A stretch of 64,000 nucleotides of DNA from Candidatus Multivoradales bacterium (lineage in GTDB: Bacteria; Acidobacteriota; Thermoanaerobaculia; Multivoradales; J023). The stretch spans positions 1,792,001 through 1,856,000 of the forward strand of contig CBDFLE010000005.1 of NCBI GenBank assembly GCA_965248925.1, in the 5' to 3' direction. Every line of letters starts with the position of its first letter. Position 1 is the first letter of the stretch. A model generated the notes under the pieces. The model did no database searches. It was not told the origin of the DNA and saw only the letters and a program-made list of their open reading frames with translations. The position numbers and the translations under genes were made by a program. This document shows, one piece after another, positions 10,149-20,691 of this stretch.

Positions 10149-11690
10149 CTATTCAGGTCCTTCGGAGGCGATCTGGAACAACGCTCCCAGGTTGATGCTG
10201 CCGTGGTTGCCAGGCACCCGCGGGTCGTTGGCTTTCGGGTCGCCCAGGTTCAGGTTCGACGCCGTGTCGTCGGGCGGGAACAGGATCAGGGTCTCCAGGA
10301 ACTCGAGGATCTTGCGCTGGTTGTTGTCGCTCAAGTGTGCATACGCCAAGGTCGAGTGCGCTGCTTCGCCACCATGCCGGCGGATCACCGCGTCGAGGTT
10401 GATGCTGCGACCATCGTGGCCGTAGGGCCCGGTGGTGCCGACGCCCCACAATGGCTCGGTAACGTGCATGAAGATCCGCGTGCCATCGAAATCACGCTCC
10501 TCGAAATTGGGGCCAAGATAGTGACCCTTCAAGTCCGAGAAGAAGTTACGCACCACGAACGAATCCTCGTTCGGCAAAAGCTGGGGAAAGGGATCGCCAT
10601 CGGCCATTACGTGGAAGAGGGTCGATGCAGTGCGAAGAGCTCGTTGAAGATCCCGTTCACCGGATCGAAAACCGTCTCGACATCGGCCACCCGGCGGTCG
10701 TGCTCGATCTCCAGATTGGCCACATGGCAATCGGTGCAACCGATCCGACTCATCAGGCGTCGCCCCTGGATGGCGCGGTGGCTGACCAGGTATTGCCCCG
10801 GCTTGAAGTAGTTCAGCAGATAGAAATCCAGGTGGTCCACCAAAGCCGGATCGAATTCGTCGACCACCCCGTCGCCGTCGACATCGGTAACCGTGTCGCA
10901 GACCGGCGGCCTCTCGAAGGTGTCTTCCGCCGGGTCATAGTGAAAACCGGCGGGGCTGGTCATCGCCTGCGGATTGCCGGGATCGGTCACCGCGCAGAGC
11001 ACCGGGTCAGAGGCCTGCATACCCATCTCCGCGTTCAGCGCGCCGATGATGAACTCGCGCATGGTGATCGTCGCACCCTGGTGGAAGAACGGCTTGACCC
11101 GCAGATCGGCGTCGACGCCCTCGACTTGCGAGGTATCCACCGAGCCATTGGCAAGGGCGGTGATCTTGCCGAATCTGATCTGCTTGGTCACCAGGTGTCG
11201 AGTGACAGCATGGCCGCTGTTCTGGGCATCAGTTTTGGCCTGATCGCGGATCGCTCGCAGATCCGTGGTCATCTCGTCGGCCAGCATCTCGACCAAGCCG
11301 AGGCCATCGAGGTGCGGAGAATCGCGACTATCCGGGAAGGTGTTGACGTCGCCGCCGAATTCAGCCCACCCCGCGGCCTACCGTGGCAAGACGCACAGCT
11401 GTCAGAGATGCCGGCACCGAGCGCCCGCATCTGAGTGATGTCGCCCGTCGACCAGAGGTCAACCCGCGGGCCTTGGCCTTCGTCGTGGGTGAACTTGCGC
11501 TGGAAGAGCTGACGACCCCGACGCACCGACCGTGCTGGATGGCGCTTGATCAGATAGACCGCCGAGCCGGGGGTGTTGACATCACCATGACCGGCACCGA
11601 CCTGGTCGGCCAGGGTGCGGGCGATACACTGAGCGGAGTGCGGATCCAACCTTGCCGCTTTCTCATAGAGCTGAAGTGCCGCGGAGCATG
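10149..11690 (-). pseudogene. Di-heme oxidoreductase (DHOR / thiol oxidoreductase-like) gene, two frameshifts and 5' truncation
   Basis: Three overlapping ORFs give SCASCHGRP, PHLDGLGLVEMLADE, GCTDCH, FFSDLKGH, TEPLWGVGTTGPYGHDGRS, RHGGEA; shifts near 11370 and 10635. Confidence 0.85.
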
Positions 11691-11905
11691 CATCGAGAGT
11701 GTCGCGTCGCTAACCACCCGCCCTTGCCACACTGCGCGCCACAGCTCGTCTTTCGAGACGACCCGGCCGGCGTTACGGATCAGGTGCGAAAGCACCTCCA
11801 ACACCTGCGGTTCGCCAGCGATCAAGCGGCCGCGACAGCGCAATTCGTAGCTCTCCAAGCAGAGTTCGAATTCACCGAAGCGCAAAGTCTCACAGCGAGC
11901 TGAAT
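11690..11905 (-). pseudogene. Winged-helix (Trans_reg_C, CadC-like) regulator N-terminal fragment
   Basis: LRFGEFELCLESYELR..EPQVLEVLSHLIRNAGRVVSKDELWRAVWQGRVVSDATLS, then abrupt loss of similarity; boundaries approximate. Confidence 0.8.
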
Positions 11906-12241
11906 GTTGCTGAGCAAGCATCTTTCGGGAAATTGCCATCGGCGGCTGATCTCTTCCGTATGCTGGGTCTTCCCGGCTTCCACCCGCACTGGACCCAGGA
12001 GTTGTCGCAAGCATCGAACCAAGAATATCGCCACTAGTCTATGCAACAAAAGCCGCCGGGGCAAATTTGGCAAGTTTTTCCGTGTTTTTTGAAGTACTCG
12101 GTAAGTACTCGGTACAGGATCTCGAAATCGGTGACCCGCGGCTTGGTCAGAGCCAGAACTGACACCCACGGGTCAACATTGTGGCGCCGCCACGGCGCTG
12201 CTAATCTTGGCCGCTCGCACGGATAGGATTCAGGAGCCCCA

Positions 12242-13489
12242 ATGTTCGATGATGTCGCCCTAGCACCGGCTGACTCCATTCTTGGCTTGGTCGAGGCCTT
12301 CGAGGCCGATCCACGGCCGGACAAGATCAATCTTGGTATTGGCGTCTACCGCGACGACACCGGGCGCACGCCGGTCTTTGCCGCTATCACCGAGGCCGAA
12401 AGACAGCTGGTGGCGGCACAGCGGCCGAAGACTTATTTGCCGATCGCCGGCATAGCCGACTACAACCGCCAGATCGGCGAATTGATCTTCGGCGCCGCGC
12501 ACCCGGCACTGGCTGATCGGCGCTTGGTGACGGTACAGTCCCCCGGTGGCACGGGCGGCCTGAGGATCGCCGCTGACTTCTTGCGCTCGATCACTCCGCG
12601 GCCAGTGTTGTGGCTCGGCGAACCCAGCTGGCCCAATCACCGGCCACTGTTCGAAAGCGCCGGCTTCACCGTCAATACGTATTCGCACCGCGACCCGCGC
12701 AGCCACAGTTTGGCTTTTGCTGAACTGGCCGAGGCTCTCACTCAAGTGCGCCCCGGCGATGTAGTCCTGCTACACGGCTGCTGCCACAATCCAACCGGCA
12801 TCGATCCGACTGGCGATCAGTGGCGGCAGATCATCGACTGGCTCAGTGAGCGTCAGGCGCTGCCGCTGATCGACCTCGCCTACCAGGGCTTCGGCGCCGG
12901 CATCGAGGAGGATGTGGCCCCTTTGCAGCAGCTCGCCGAGCGCTGCGGGGAACTATTGGTGGCGTCGAGCACGTCGAAAAACTTCGGTCTCTACGGCGAG
13001 CGGGTCGGCGCCCTGCATGTGCTCACCGACAACCCCCGGGCCGCTAGCGCGGTGCTCAGTCAACTGAAAGTCTGTATTCGGCGCAGTTACTCCAGCCCGC
13101 CGACCCACGGCGCGGCCATGGTCGCCGCCGTGCTGGCGGTTCCGCGACTGCGCTCCTCCTGGCACCGTGAACTCGACACCATGCGCCAGCGCATCCATCG
13201 CCTTCGCCGGGATCTGGCAGCCGGTCTCGATCGGCGCGGTATACGGCTAAGCGCCGTCGGCAATGACTTTATGACCCGGCAGATCGGCATGTTCTCTTTT
13301 ACCGGCCTCGACCCCGAGCAGGTCCTGCGGTTGCGAACAGAGCATGGCATCTATGTTGTCGATTCGGGGCGGATCAACGTCGCTGGCATCCGCGAAAGCG
13401 ACCTCGACCGGGTGTGCGACGCGATCGGCGCGGTCAGCCTACTCACCAAGGTTTCACCCGCCGCCAGCTTAGGGCCCGCGAAAGCATAG
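12242..13489 (+). CDS. Aspartate / aromatic amino acid aminotransferase (class I, AspC/TyrB family)
   Basis: KINLGIGVYRD, QSPGGTGGL, HGCCHNPTGID, DLAYQGF, SKNFGLYGERVG (PLP lysine), GRINVAG. Confidence 0.95.
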   Translation: MFDDVALAPADSILGLVEAFEADPRPDKINLGIGVYRDDTGRTPVFAAITEAERQLVAAQRPKTYLPIAGIADYNRQIGELIFGAAHPALADRRLVTVQSPGGTGGLRIAADFLRSITPRPVLWLGEPSWPNHRPLFESAGFTVNTYSHRDPRSHSLAFAELAEALTQVRPGDVVLLHGCCHNPTGIDPTGDQWRQIIDWLSERQALPLIDLAYQGFGAGIEEDVAPLQQLAERCGELLVASSTSKNFGLYGERVGALHVLTDNPRAASAVLSQLKVCIRRSYSSPPTHGAAMVAAVLAVPRLRSSWHRELDTMRQRIHRLRRDLAAGLDRRGIRLSAVGNDFMTRQIGMFSFTGLDPEQVLRLRTEHGIYVVDSGRINVAGIRESDLDRVCDAIGAVSLLTKVSPAASLGPAKA

Positions 13490-13794
13490 ATTCTCAGACG
13501 CAAAGTAGAGAAATCTCTGGCAGACGCTGTTTCTCAGCACCACTAAGCCGACTGTTCTAGAATTGTGGCTCAGATATCCGAAGCTGGCTCGCCGGTCGTC
13601 TGGACCCTCTCCGCGAGATCTCTTTGGCTATCGTTTGAGTTTCAAAACTAGGAGACTTGCGACCGACTTGCGGTCGTCGTCTTCCGATGGGGCTCCCGGA
13701 CAGCCGGGATCGTTCGAAGGAGTGTCGGCTCACTCTGGCTTAGGCTTTGCGGTGGGCAGACAAATCCTCTTCAGACAACACTCAGGAGAAGTCG

Positions 13795-16194
13795 ATGAAA
13801 CGTTTGTCGTGCGCCTTGCTCATCTCATTGCTGCTGGCGCTACCAGCTATCGCCGCCGACGAAGGCATCCAAGCCGAGAGTGTGCAGCTGGTCAAAGCCG
13901 GCTCCGCCCCGACCCTCAAAGAGATCCTCCGCCAACACCCAGCCGACACTCCGACCTCTTTCGGCGAGGTCCGCGAGGTGGTCAACCGCTCCCCCGAATG
14001 GCTGCTTGATCGTCAGCCCAGCAGCTCCCCCGCCGACCCGCTGCTCGACCTGGGCCTGATCGAAAGCCTGGCGCCAGCCGCCTCGTTGAGCGTCGAGGGC
14101 TACGCGAATACCGACAACGGCGCGTTGTTCGGATTCCTGATCTCGCCGCCGGATACCAATGGCGATGTCGGGGTTGAGTTCTACGTCCAGTACGTCAACC
14201 TTGGCTGGGAAGTCTTCGCCAAGGCCACCGGCGCATCGGTGGGCGGTGGCCCCTTTGCCGGCAACATCTTCTGGCAGGGATTCGGCGGTGTTTGTGAGAG
14301 CGACAACGCGGGCGATCCGATTGTGCTCTACGATCACTTGGCTGGCGAGTGGGTGTTCTCTCAGTTCACCTCGTCGGGCAATCCCGACGGCCACCAATGC
14401 TTCGCCATCAGCCAGGGTGGCAGCCCCTTTGGCCCCTACCTGCTCTATGACTTCCTGGTCAGCCCAGCGGCCTTCAACGATTATCCGAAGATTGCCCTGT
14501 GGCCCGATGCCTACTACATGACCACCAACGAGTTCACCGCCAGCTTCGTCGGGGTCAACATCACCGCTTTTGATCGCGCCGGTCTGCTGACCGGTACCGG
14601 TAACGCGGTGCAGGTCTCGCTCCCCTTCACCGGCGCGGCGCCGGTCCGTTTCAGCTTGCAGCCATCGCACCTCGAAGGTGGCAGTCCGCCGCCGGCCGGC
14701 GGCACTTGCAATCTGATCGTCCAGTCTTTCGACGACGATACCTGGGGCAATGGCGGTGGGCCGGATGGCTACCAATTCTGGGAATTCTGCCCGGACTTCG
14801 TCACCGCCGCCAACTCGACCTTCACCACCGGACCTTTCCTCACCGCGCCGGCCTTTAACTTCGGCCTGACCAGCGTGCCGCAGCGGGGCACCACTCAGGT
14901 CTTGGATCCCCTCGGCCAATTCACCATGTACCGCTTTGGCACCCGTGCCGAGGGCGGCAATCTGGTGGGCGCGTTAGCCCACACCGTCGATGTCGGCGCG
15001 GGTCGCAACGGCATTCGCTGGGCGACCTTCGACCTGCCAAGCTTGGCCGGGGTTGGGATCAGCGATACCGGCACCTTCGCCCCCGGCAGCGAACACCGCT
15101 GGACCCCCTCGGCAACCCTCGACAGCGTCGGCAACCTGGGGATCGTCTACTCTCGGTCCAGCAGCGAGTCCTTCCCCTCGGTGTACTTCAGCGGCCGGGA
15201 GTCCAGCGATCCGGCTGGCACTCTGCAGGCCGAGTCGGTGTGTATCGATGGCACCGGCAGCTACCTGGGCTCGTCCCGCTGGGGCGACTACGCCACCGCC
15301 AGCGTCGATCCGGTCGACGGTTGTACCTTCTGGGTCACCAATGAGTATGTCGAAACCACCGGCGCGGTGCCCTGGAAGACCCGCATCTGCTCCTACAAAT
15401 TCCCCTCTTGCGGCAGCACCGTCGGTGGCCCCTTGCAAGCCGCCCAGCAGACCACTGACGAGCAGATCCGCACGGTGGCACTGACCGGCTTCACCAACCC
15501 GGTAGTGACCATGGGACCGCCTTCGTTCGTCGGCAGCCAACCGACCACGGTGCGGGTGCGCAACGTCACCGCAAGTAGTTTCCAGCAGAATCTCCAGGAG
15601 TGGGACTACCTCGATGGCAGCCATGTTGAAGAGACTATCGGCTACCTGGCCCTCGATGCCGGCGCGCAGAACCTCGGCAGCTTGGCCGCGGAAGCCGGGA
15701 CGGTGAACCTGAACCAAAACTGGACGACGGTGAACTTCTCCCAGACCTTCGCCAGCGCCCCGGTGGTATTCGCCCAGACAGCCTCCTTTGCCGGTAGCCA
15801 GGCAGTGACCGAGCGCATCCGCGACGTCACCACCACCAGCTTCCAGGTGCGGTTGCAGGAGGAAGAGGCTAACGACGACATTCACAACACCGAAATAGTG
15901 CATTGGATCGCGGTGGCAACCGGATCCACCACGGTGGATGGCCGTCCCTTGCTAGTCGGGCGCACCACAAATTCCGTGACGCAGAATTTCACTACCATCA
16001 ACTTCGGCGCTAGTGTTACCAACCCGATTCTGATCGCCGACATGCAAACCTACGATGGCCGCGACACGGCTGCCCTGCGCTACCTCAATTTGAGCGCCAC
16101 GACAGTGGAGATCAAGATCGAGGAAGAGAAGTCGGCCGACACTGAAATCAACCACACCTCCGAGGTAGTTGGCTGGTTGGTCATCGGTCCCTGA
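13795..16194 (+). CDS. Secreted protein with beta-rich N-terminal domain and three C-terminal H-type-lectin-like repeats
   Basis: Signal peptide MKRLSCALL..; PPDTNGDVG, GDPIVLYD, DYPK, RWGDY motifs; repeats ending QEWDYLDGSH, QEEEANDDIH, EEEKSADTEINH. Confidence 0.8.
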   Translation: MKRLSCALLISLLLALPAIAADEGIQAESVQLVKAGSAPTLKEILRQHPADTPTSFGEVREVVNRSPEWLLDRQPSSSPADPLLDLGLIESLAPAASLSVEGYANTDNGALFGFLISPPDTNGDVGVEFYVQYVNLGWEVFAKATGASVGGGPFAGNIFWQGFGGVCESDNAGDPIVLYDHLAGEWVFSQFTSSGNPDGHQCFAISQGGSPFGPYLLYDFLVSPAAFNDYPKIALWPDAYYMTTNEFTASFVGVNITAFDRAGLLTGTGNAVQVSLPFTGAAPVRFSLQPSHLEGGSPPPAGGTCNLIVQSFDDDTWGNGGGPDGYQFWEFCPDFVTAANSTFTTGPFLTAPAFNFGLTSVPQRGTTQVLDPLGQFTMYRFGTRAEGGNLVGALAHTVDVGAGRNGIRWATFDLPSLAGVGISDTGTFAPGSEHRWTPSATLDSVGNLGIVYSRSSSESFPSVYFSGRESSDPAGTLQAESVCIDGTGSYLGSSRWGDYATASVDPVDGCTFWVTNEYVETTGAVPWKTRICSYKFPSCGSTVGGPLQAAQQTTDEQIRTVALTGFTNPVVTMGPPSFVGSQPTTVRVRNVTASSFQQNLQEWDYLDGSHVEETIGYLALDAGAQNLGSLAAEAGTVNLNQNWTTVNFSQTFASAPVVFAQTASFAGSQAVTERIRDVTTTSFQVRLQEEEANDDIHNTEIVHWIAVATGSTTVDGRPLLVGRTTNSVTQNFTTINFGASVTNPILIADMQTYDGRDTAALRYLNLSATTVEIKIEEEKSADTEINHTSEVVGWLVIGP

Positions 16195-16328
16195 CCCTGG
16201 TTTCAGCAGGCGTAGCCAACACTGTAACCAGCCCGCGCGACGTGTCGTTCCCGAGAACGGCGAGTCGCGCGGGGTTCTTGCCGTGACTGGCTGCCCACCT
16301 TTGAAAAAGGGTCCCAAGGGCGAAGTCA

Positions 16329-16590
16329 ATGCGTCGTTCAATGCTCTTAATACTCGCCCTCTCGCTGCTGGCGCTGCCCGTGCTTGGCCAAAGAAGAAGT
16401 CAGTTTCAGCTCTGTTGAGCTGGTCAAGTCCGGCACCGCGCCGACCCTGCAACAGATCTCGCGGGCGCACCCGCAGACTACTCCCACCGCCTACGGCGAA
16501 GTCAGCGAGGTCGTCAACCGATCCCCGGAATGGCTGCTCAATCGGGGGAGCATTTCGAGTCCCGCTGACCCGCTGCTCGACCTGGGCCTC
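16329..16590 (+). pseudogene. 5' fragment of a paralog of the upstream secreted protein, frameshifted and cut by IS3
   Basis: VELVKSGTAPTL..GEVSEVVNRSPEWLL..SSPADPLLDLGL closely matches the N-terminus of 13795..16194. Confidence 0.9.
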
Positions 16591-17426
16591 TGGAGTTGAC
16601 CCGGTTTAGTGGCCACTTCACCCACTGGGTGCAAGGAGGTCACAATGCCGAGAACACGGGTAGCATATACGCCGGAGTTTCGCTGCCGGCTGGTGGAGTT
16701 GGCACGTTCGGGTCGATCACTGAGTTCGTTGGTTCGGGAGTTTGAGCCGACGGTCGAGTCCATCCGCAAATGGGTCCGCCAAGCAGATCTGGACGAGAGG
16801 CATCGCGACGATGGTCTGACGACGGTTGAACAGCAAGAGATTCGTCGGCTTAGGCGCGAGGTTCGTCGGCTGGTCCATGAGGACACACCTTCGCTCCGGC
16901 CTGGTGCTTGAGGCGCTTGAGATGGCGCTTCATCAACGGCGGCCGAAGTCGGTCATCCATCACTCGGATCAAGGCACGCAATATACCTCGATCGCCTTGG
17001 GTCTACGCCGCAAGCGGGCAGGCGTGAGGTCCTCGATGGGCTCGGTCGGTGATTGCTTTGATAACGCCGCCATGTGCGAGAGCTTCTTTGCAACGCTCGA
17101 GTGCGAGTTGCTGGAGCGACACAAATTTCGCACGCAGATCGACGCTCGAGTGGCGACCTCCGATTTAGTCGAGGGCTGGTACAACCCACATCGACGCCAC
17201 TCTGCCTTGGGTTATCTCGGTCCCATGACGTTTGAAAGTCGTGAACTGGAACGCGCCGCATGAACGGCGACGATCAGAGGGGTATGGAAGCTGCCGCTGC
17301 TGCGGAAATCGCTGTGAGCTTACCGCATCCGCTTGGAAAACGCTGCGCGTTTCCCACAGCTCCCACACCCCCGACGACGACAGAGGTTCGAAGAGATAAA
17401 CTGTCCACCAAACCGGGGTGGCTCCA
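16591..17426 (+). mobile_element. IS3-family element with internal deletion
   Basis: Terminal IRs TGGAGTTGACCCGGTTTAGTGGCCA / rc TGGAGCCACCCCGGTTTGGTGGACA; CTC on both flanks; orfA (16645, YTPEFR..) fused near 16870 to the orfB tail (HHSDQGTQY, DNA..ESFFATLECE, WYNPHRRHSALGY). Confidence 0.92.
17285..17379 (+). other. Structured IS-associated element, copy 1 (3' of IS3 orfB)
   Basis: Colinear similarity to 20496..20606 (minus); outer stem plus two hairpins. Confidence 0.75.
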
Positions 17427-17437
17427 CTCTTAGGCAA

Positions 17438-17473
17438 CTACTTAGAAAGCTACTTAGACAGCTACATAAACAG
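17438..17473 (+). repeat. 12-bp tandem repeat, 3 copies plus a degenerate preceding copy
   Basis: CTACTTAGAAAG CTACTTAGACAG CTACATAAACAG. Confidence 0.8.
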
Positions 17474-17490
17474 CGAAAGAAGAGTTAGCG

Positions 17491-18111
17491 ATGATCGATC
17501 ATTTACTGTGGGCGGTGCCCGAACTCGAACGTGGTATCGACCAATTCGCCGAACTCAGCGGCGTCCGCGCCGCCCACGGCGGCAGCCATCCGGGGCTCGG
17601 CACTCACAACGCACTTCTCGACCTCGGTGCAGGGCGCTACCTGGAGATCCTGGCCAGCGATCCGGCTCAGCGCGGCGACCGGCGGAGCTTTGGTCGCTGG
17701 CTCGATGGGCTAACAGAACCTCGCTTGCTGACTTGGGCGGCACCCACCACCGACGCTGAAGCACTCGCCGCCCGAGCACTCGCGGCCGGATTGCAGCCCG
17801 CGACGATCGTCGAAATTACCCGCCAACGCCTTGAAGGAGGTCAGTTTCGCGGCCGCCTATTGGAGATCGGCGGCCATCCTTTTGGCCTCATCTTGCCGTT
17901 CTTCATCCAACGAGACCAGAACTCGGCCCATCCGAGCCGCGATGCGCCACGAGGAATCGAGCTAACCAACTTCGAGTTGAACCACCCGGAGGCCGAGGAT
18001 CTCCGACGCACTCTCACTCATTTGGATCTGGAATTCAGCGTTCGAGCCGCCGGGCAAACCGCCCTGCGGGCGACGCTGGCAACCCCGCAGGGCTTGATCA
18101 AGCTCGGCTGA
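17491..18111 (+). CDS. VOC / glyoxalase-like domain protein (Glyoxalase_3 type)
   Basis: IDHLLWAV, GGSHPGLGTHNALL, YLEILA.DP, LPFFIQ. Confidence 0.9.
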   Translation: MIDHLLWAVPELERGIDQFAELSGVRAAHGGSHPGLGTHNALLDLGAGRYLEILASDPAQRGDRRSFGRWLDGLTEPRLLTWAAPTTDAEALAARALAAGLQPATIVEITRQRLEGGQFRGRLLEIGGHPFGLILPFFIQRDQNSAHPSRDAPRGIELTNFELNHPEAEDLRRTLTHLDLEFSVRAAGQTALRATLATPQGLIKLG

Positions 18112-18230
18112 CGGCCTCGGCCCGTCCGTAGACCCGATCTCTTGACACAATCTTGGATACATAGTCTTGCTCGGGGATTCTTGGACTCGAGGTAAACTAA
18201 GGCCATCGAGTTCCCTGAGAAGGTCAAGCG

Positions 18231-18425
18231 ATGGGCAAGAGAAGTCAGCTGCCGTTAGCAGAACGCGAGGAAGTGGTACTGCGTTTGCTGCGCAAGGAAG
18301 AGCCGCTAGCAGCACTCTCGCGCCGGTACCAAGTAAGCGAACAGACGCTGTATCGGTGGCGTGACGAGTTTCTGACCGGCGGTCGTGAACGTCTGGCCAA
18401 GAGCCGGCGGTCGGCCGCTGGCTAG
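18231..18425 (+). pseudogene. Transposase OrfA-like HTH fragment (IS remnant)
   Basis: EVVLRLLRKEEPLAALSRRYQVSEQTLYRWRDEFLTGG; truncated, no catalytic orf follows. Confidence 0.75.
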
Positions 18426-19180
18426 GATCCCGGCCACACCGAAAAGCAGTGGTACGACGATCAGAACTTGGGGATCGAAGGGTGAAGTCTTGTAGAGCAG
18501 CGCCCATAAGGATCTGAGCCCGGCCATGGCAAGTAGCAAGGCGCAAGCGGATCTCCTTAGCCCGGTCCTCGGCCCGGGCAAGCATCAGGTTGGTGACGTT
18601 GAGGCAGGCGAGCAGCAGAAGCAGGGCGACCGCGGCCAGCAAGAGGTAGTTGGTATGGCGGCCGACCGAGCCCAAGAAAAACTCGTCGATCGGCTCGAGT
18701 TCGGCACCCCAGCCGGAGTTCGAGTCAGGGAACTGCTCGGCGAGTCGTCTAGCAAGCGCGCCGATCTCCTGATTCGCCGATCAGAGATCGACCTCGGGCT
18801 TCAAGCGGGCAAAGGCGGTGAGCCGACGATCCCCCGCGGGCGTAGGAGAATCGAGGCTGTGGAGCAAGAACAGGTCGTCGTCCTGGTTCCAAAGCCGAAA
18901 CCCCTCGGGCAGTACGCCGATGACCGTCCAGAACTCTCCATCCAGGTCGATACGCCGACCGATGATCTGAGGATCGCTGGCAAAATATCGCCGCCAGCCG
19001 CCGTCAGTCAGCACGACTTGCCGAAGCGCCGACCCACGACGCTCTTCGGCGATAGAAAAGGTACGGCCTTGACTAGCTTCGACCCCGAGCACACGAATCA
19101 AGCGCCGCCTGCCGGTGGCTCCTTCCTGCAAGGTGAATACACCGCCGGAGTCCACAGGAGCTAGTTCTGCCCAGGGCACT
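18420..19180 (-). pseudogene. ABC permease (MacB/FtsX, ADOP-type) fragments
   Basis: VVLTDGGWRRYFASDPQIIGRRIDLDG..TVIGVLP; LLLLLACLNVTNLMLARA..KEIRLRLA; LLYKTSPFDP; internal stop and large deletion. Confidence 0.8.
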
Positions 19181-19345
19181 CGGACTTGACGCCTGCACTT
19201 GATCTTGGTCTGATACCTGAGTTATCTCCGGGGCGCCGCCGCTGGCAGCGCACACCATGCCGCCGAGAGGCGCTGCAGCGGATCCAAATCCGTCACGCTC
19301 GACGCTGGTTCGGGGAATAAGGGCGCCCTCTCAGGAGGCTGCTCT

Positions 19346-20089
19346 ATGCATGGCTCTCGAAGCGGCAGGCGTGTCGGTCGCGTTGTAGGATTGTGGCTTT
19401 ACCCGGTCAAGTCGATGGGAGCGGAGGCACTGGCTGAGGTCGACGTATCCTGGCATGGCCTTACCGGCGATCGCCGCTGGGCATTCATCCTAAACGACAT
19501 GGCACAGAGCGGGTTCCCTTGGCTCACCCTTCGGGTTTGCGGGAATATGAGTCACTACACCCCGTCGTTCGTCCAGCAGTCTCGTCCAGACAAATCGCCA
19601 GCGGTCGTTCGGACTCCGTCGGGGTCCACCTTCGACGTTGCGGATCCAGCGCTGGCCGCAGAACTCTGCTCGCGCGAAGTGCGGGTGATCAAGCAGAACC
19701 GTGGCATCTTCGACACCTTCCCGCTGTCCCTCATCTCGACCCAGACGATTGGCCTGCTCGGCGACTTGGTTGGCGCCCGGCTAGAGGTCCAGCGTTTTCG
19801 ACCGAACATCTTGGTAGAGGCGGCCGATGGAACGCCGTTTCCCGAGGACGGCTGGGTTGGATGCGTCTTGCGAATCGGCAGCCTGTGCCTGCGCGTCGAC
19901 AAGCGCGACGGCCGTTGCGCCGTCGTTACTATCGATCCTGTGACGGCGGAGCGCAACCCCGCGATCCTGCGGACAGTCGCTGGTGATCGTCAGGGTTGCC
20001 TTGGGGTTTACGGATCGACCGTGGCACCTGGTCACCTCTCAGTAGGTGATCCCGTTCTAATCGAGTCGTCTCCCACGCGCTCTGGCTGA
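19346..20089 (+). CDS. MOSC domain protein
   Basis: LWLYPVKSM, GDRRWA, RFRPNILV, FPEDGW, RCAVVTIDP, LGVYG. Confidence 0.92.
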   Translation: MHGSRSGRRVGRVVGLWLYPVKSMGAEALAEVDVSWHGLTGDRRWAFILNDMAQSGFPWLTLRVCGNMSHYTPSFVQQSRPDKSPAVVRTPSGSTFDVADPALAAELCSREVRVIKQNRGIFDTFPLSLISTQTIGLLGDLVGARLEVQRFRPNILVEAADGTPFPEDGWVGCVLRIGSLCLRVDKRDGRCAVVTIDPVTAERNPAILRTVAGDRQGCLGVYGSTVAPGHLSVGDPVLIESSPTRSG

Positions 20090-20495
20090 CAACCCCGTTG
20101 ACACAACTCAGGGGGTCGCTCGCCGCACGCCAGTTGTCAATGAACACCATCCCGTTTCTGGACCTGGGAAACTGGGTGGCGACGAGAAGACCTGCCGGAG
20201 CCCGCCGATGGGTAAAGGCGGGCCGAGGAGTGGCCTCAGCGTTGGCTGGGATCCCCCACCCGAGTTTTGACCTGATCGCTCCTGAAGGGGTGCAATAGCT
20301 GCCGCAGATAGCCTTTGGGAAAGCTCTCCCGCCCCATGCCTATTCCGACGAAACTGACCAGCCATTCCGATCGAAACCGACCACTTGTCGGAGCGAAGCG
20401 ACGCTGGCGCTCTCCTCAGTTGTAAGTGTCCACTTTCGCTGTAGCTGGAGCCCTCCTTCCGGCTCTTCTTCTTGATTGATTGTATTCAAATAACC

Positions 20496-20606
20496 CGTCG
20501 TCGGGGCTGTGCGTAGCTGTGGGAAACGCAGGTTGGGGGGCAGGGGGGCGTTTTCCAAGCGGTTGTGGGAATCGCAGAGCGATTTCCACAACCGCGGCAG
20601 CTTCCA
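20496..20606 (-). other. Structured IS-associated element, copy 2 (3' of istB)
   Basis: Colinear similarity to 17285..17379. Confidence 0.75.
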
Positions 20607-20691
20607 CAGTCCATCTTGGGTCGGGTCCGGATCGGGCCGCAGGCCCGCTGATGGGTCCGGATCGGCGATCGCTTCAGCATGCTCTTGGATC

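Noticed and set aside
16860-16880. Possible programmed frameshift between IS3 orfA and orfB
   Set aside because: No slippery A-run; about half of orfB is missing, so this is a deletion junction
19255-19335. GCGCTGCAGCGGA resembling an attC left arm
   Set aside because: No RYYYAAC/GTTRRRY pair or complementary arm found
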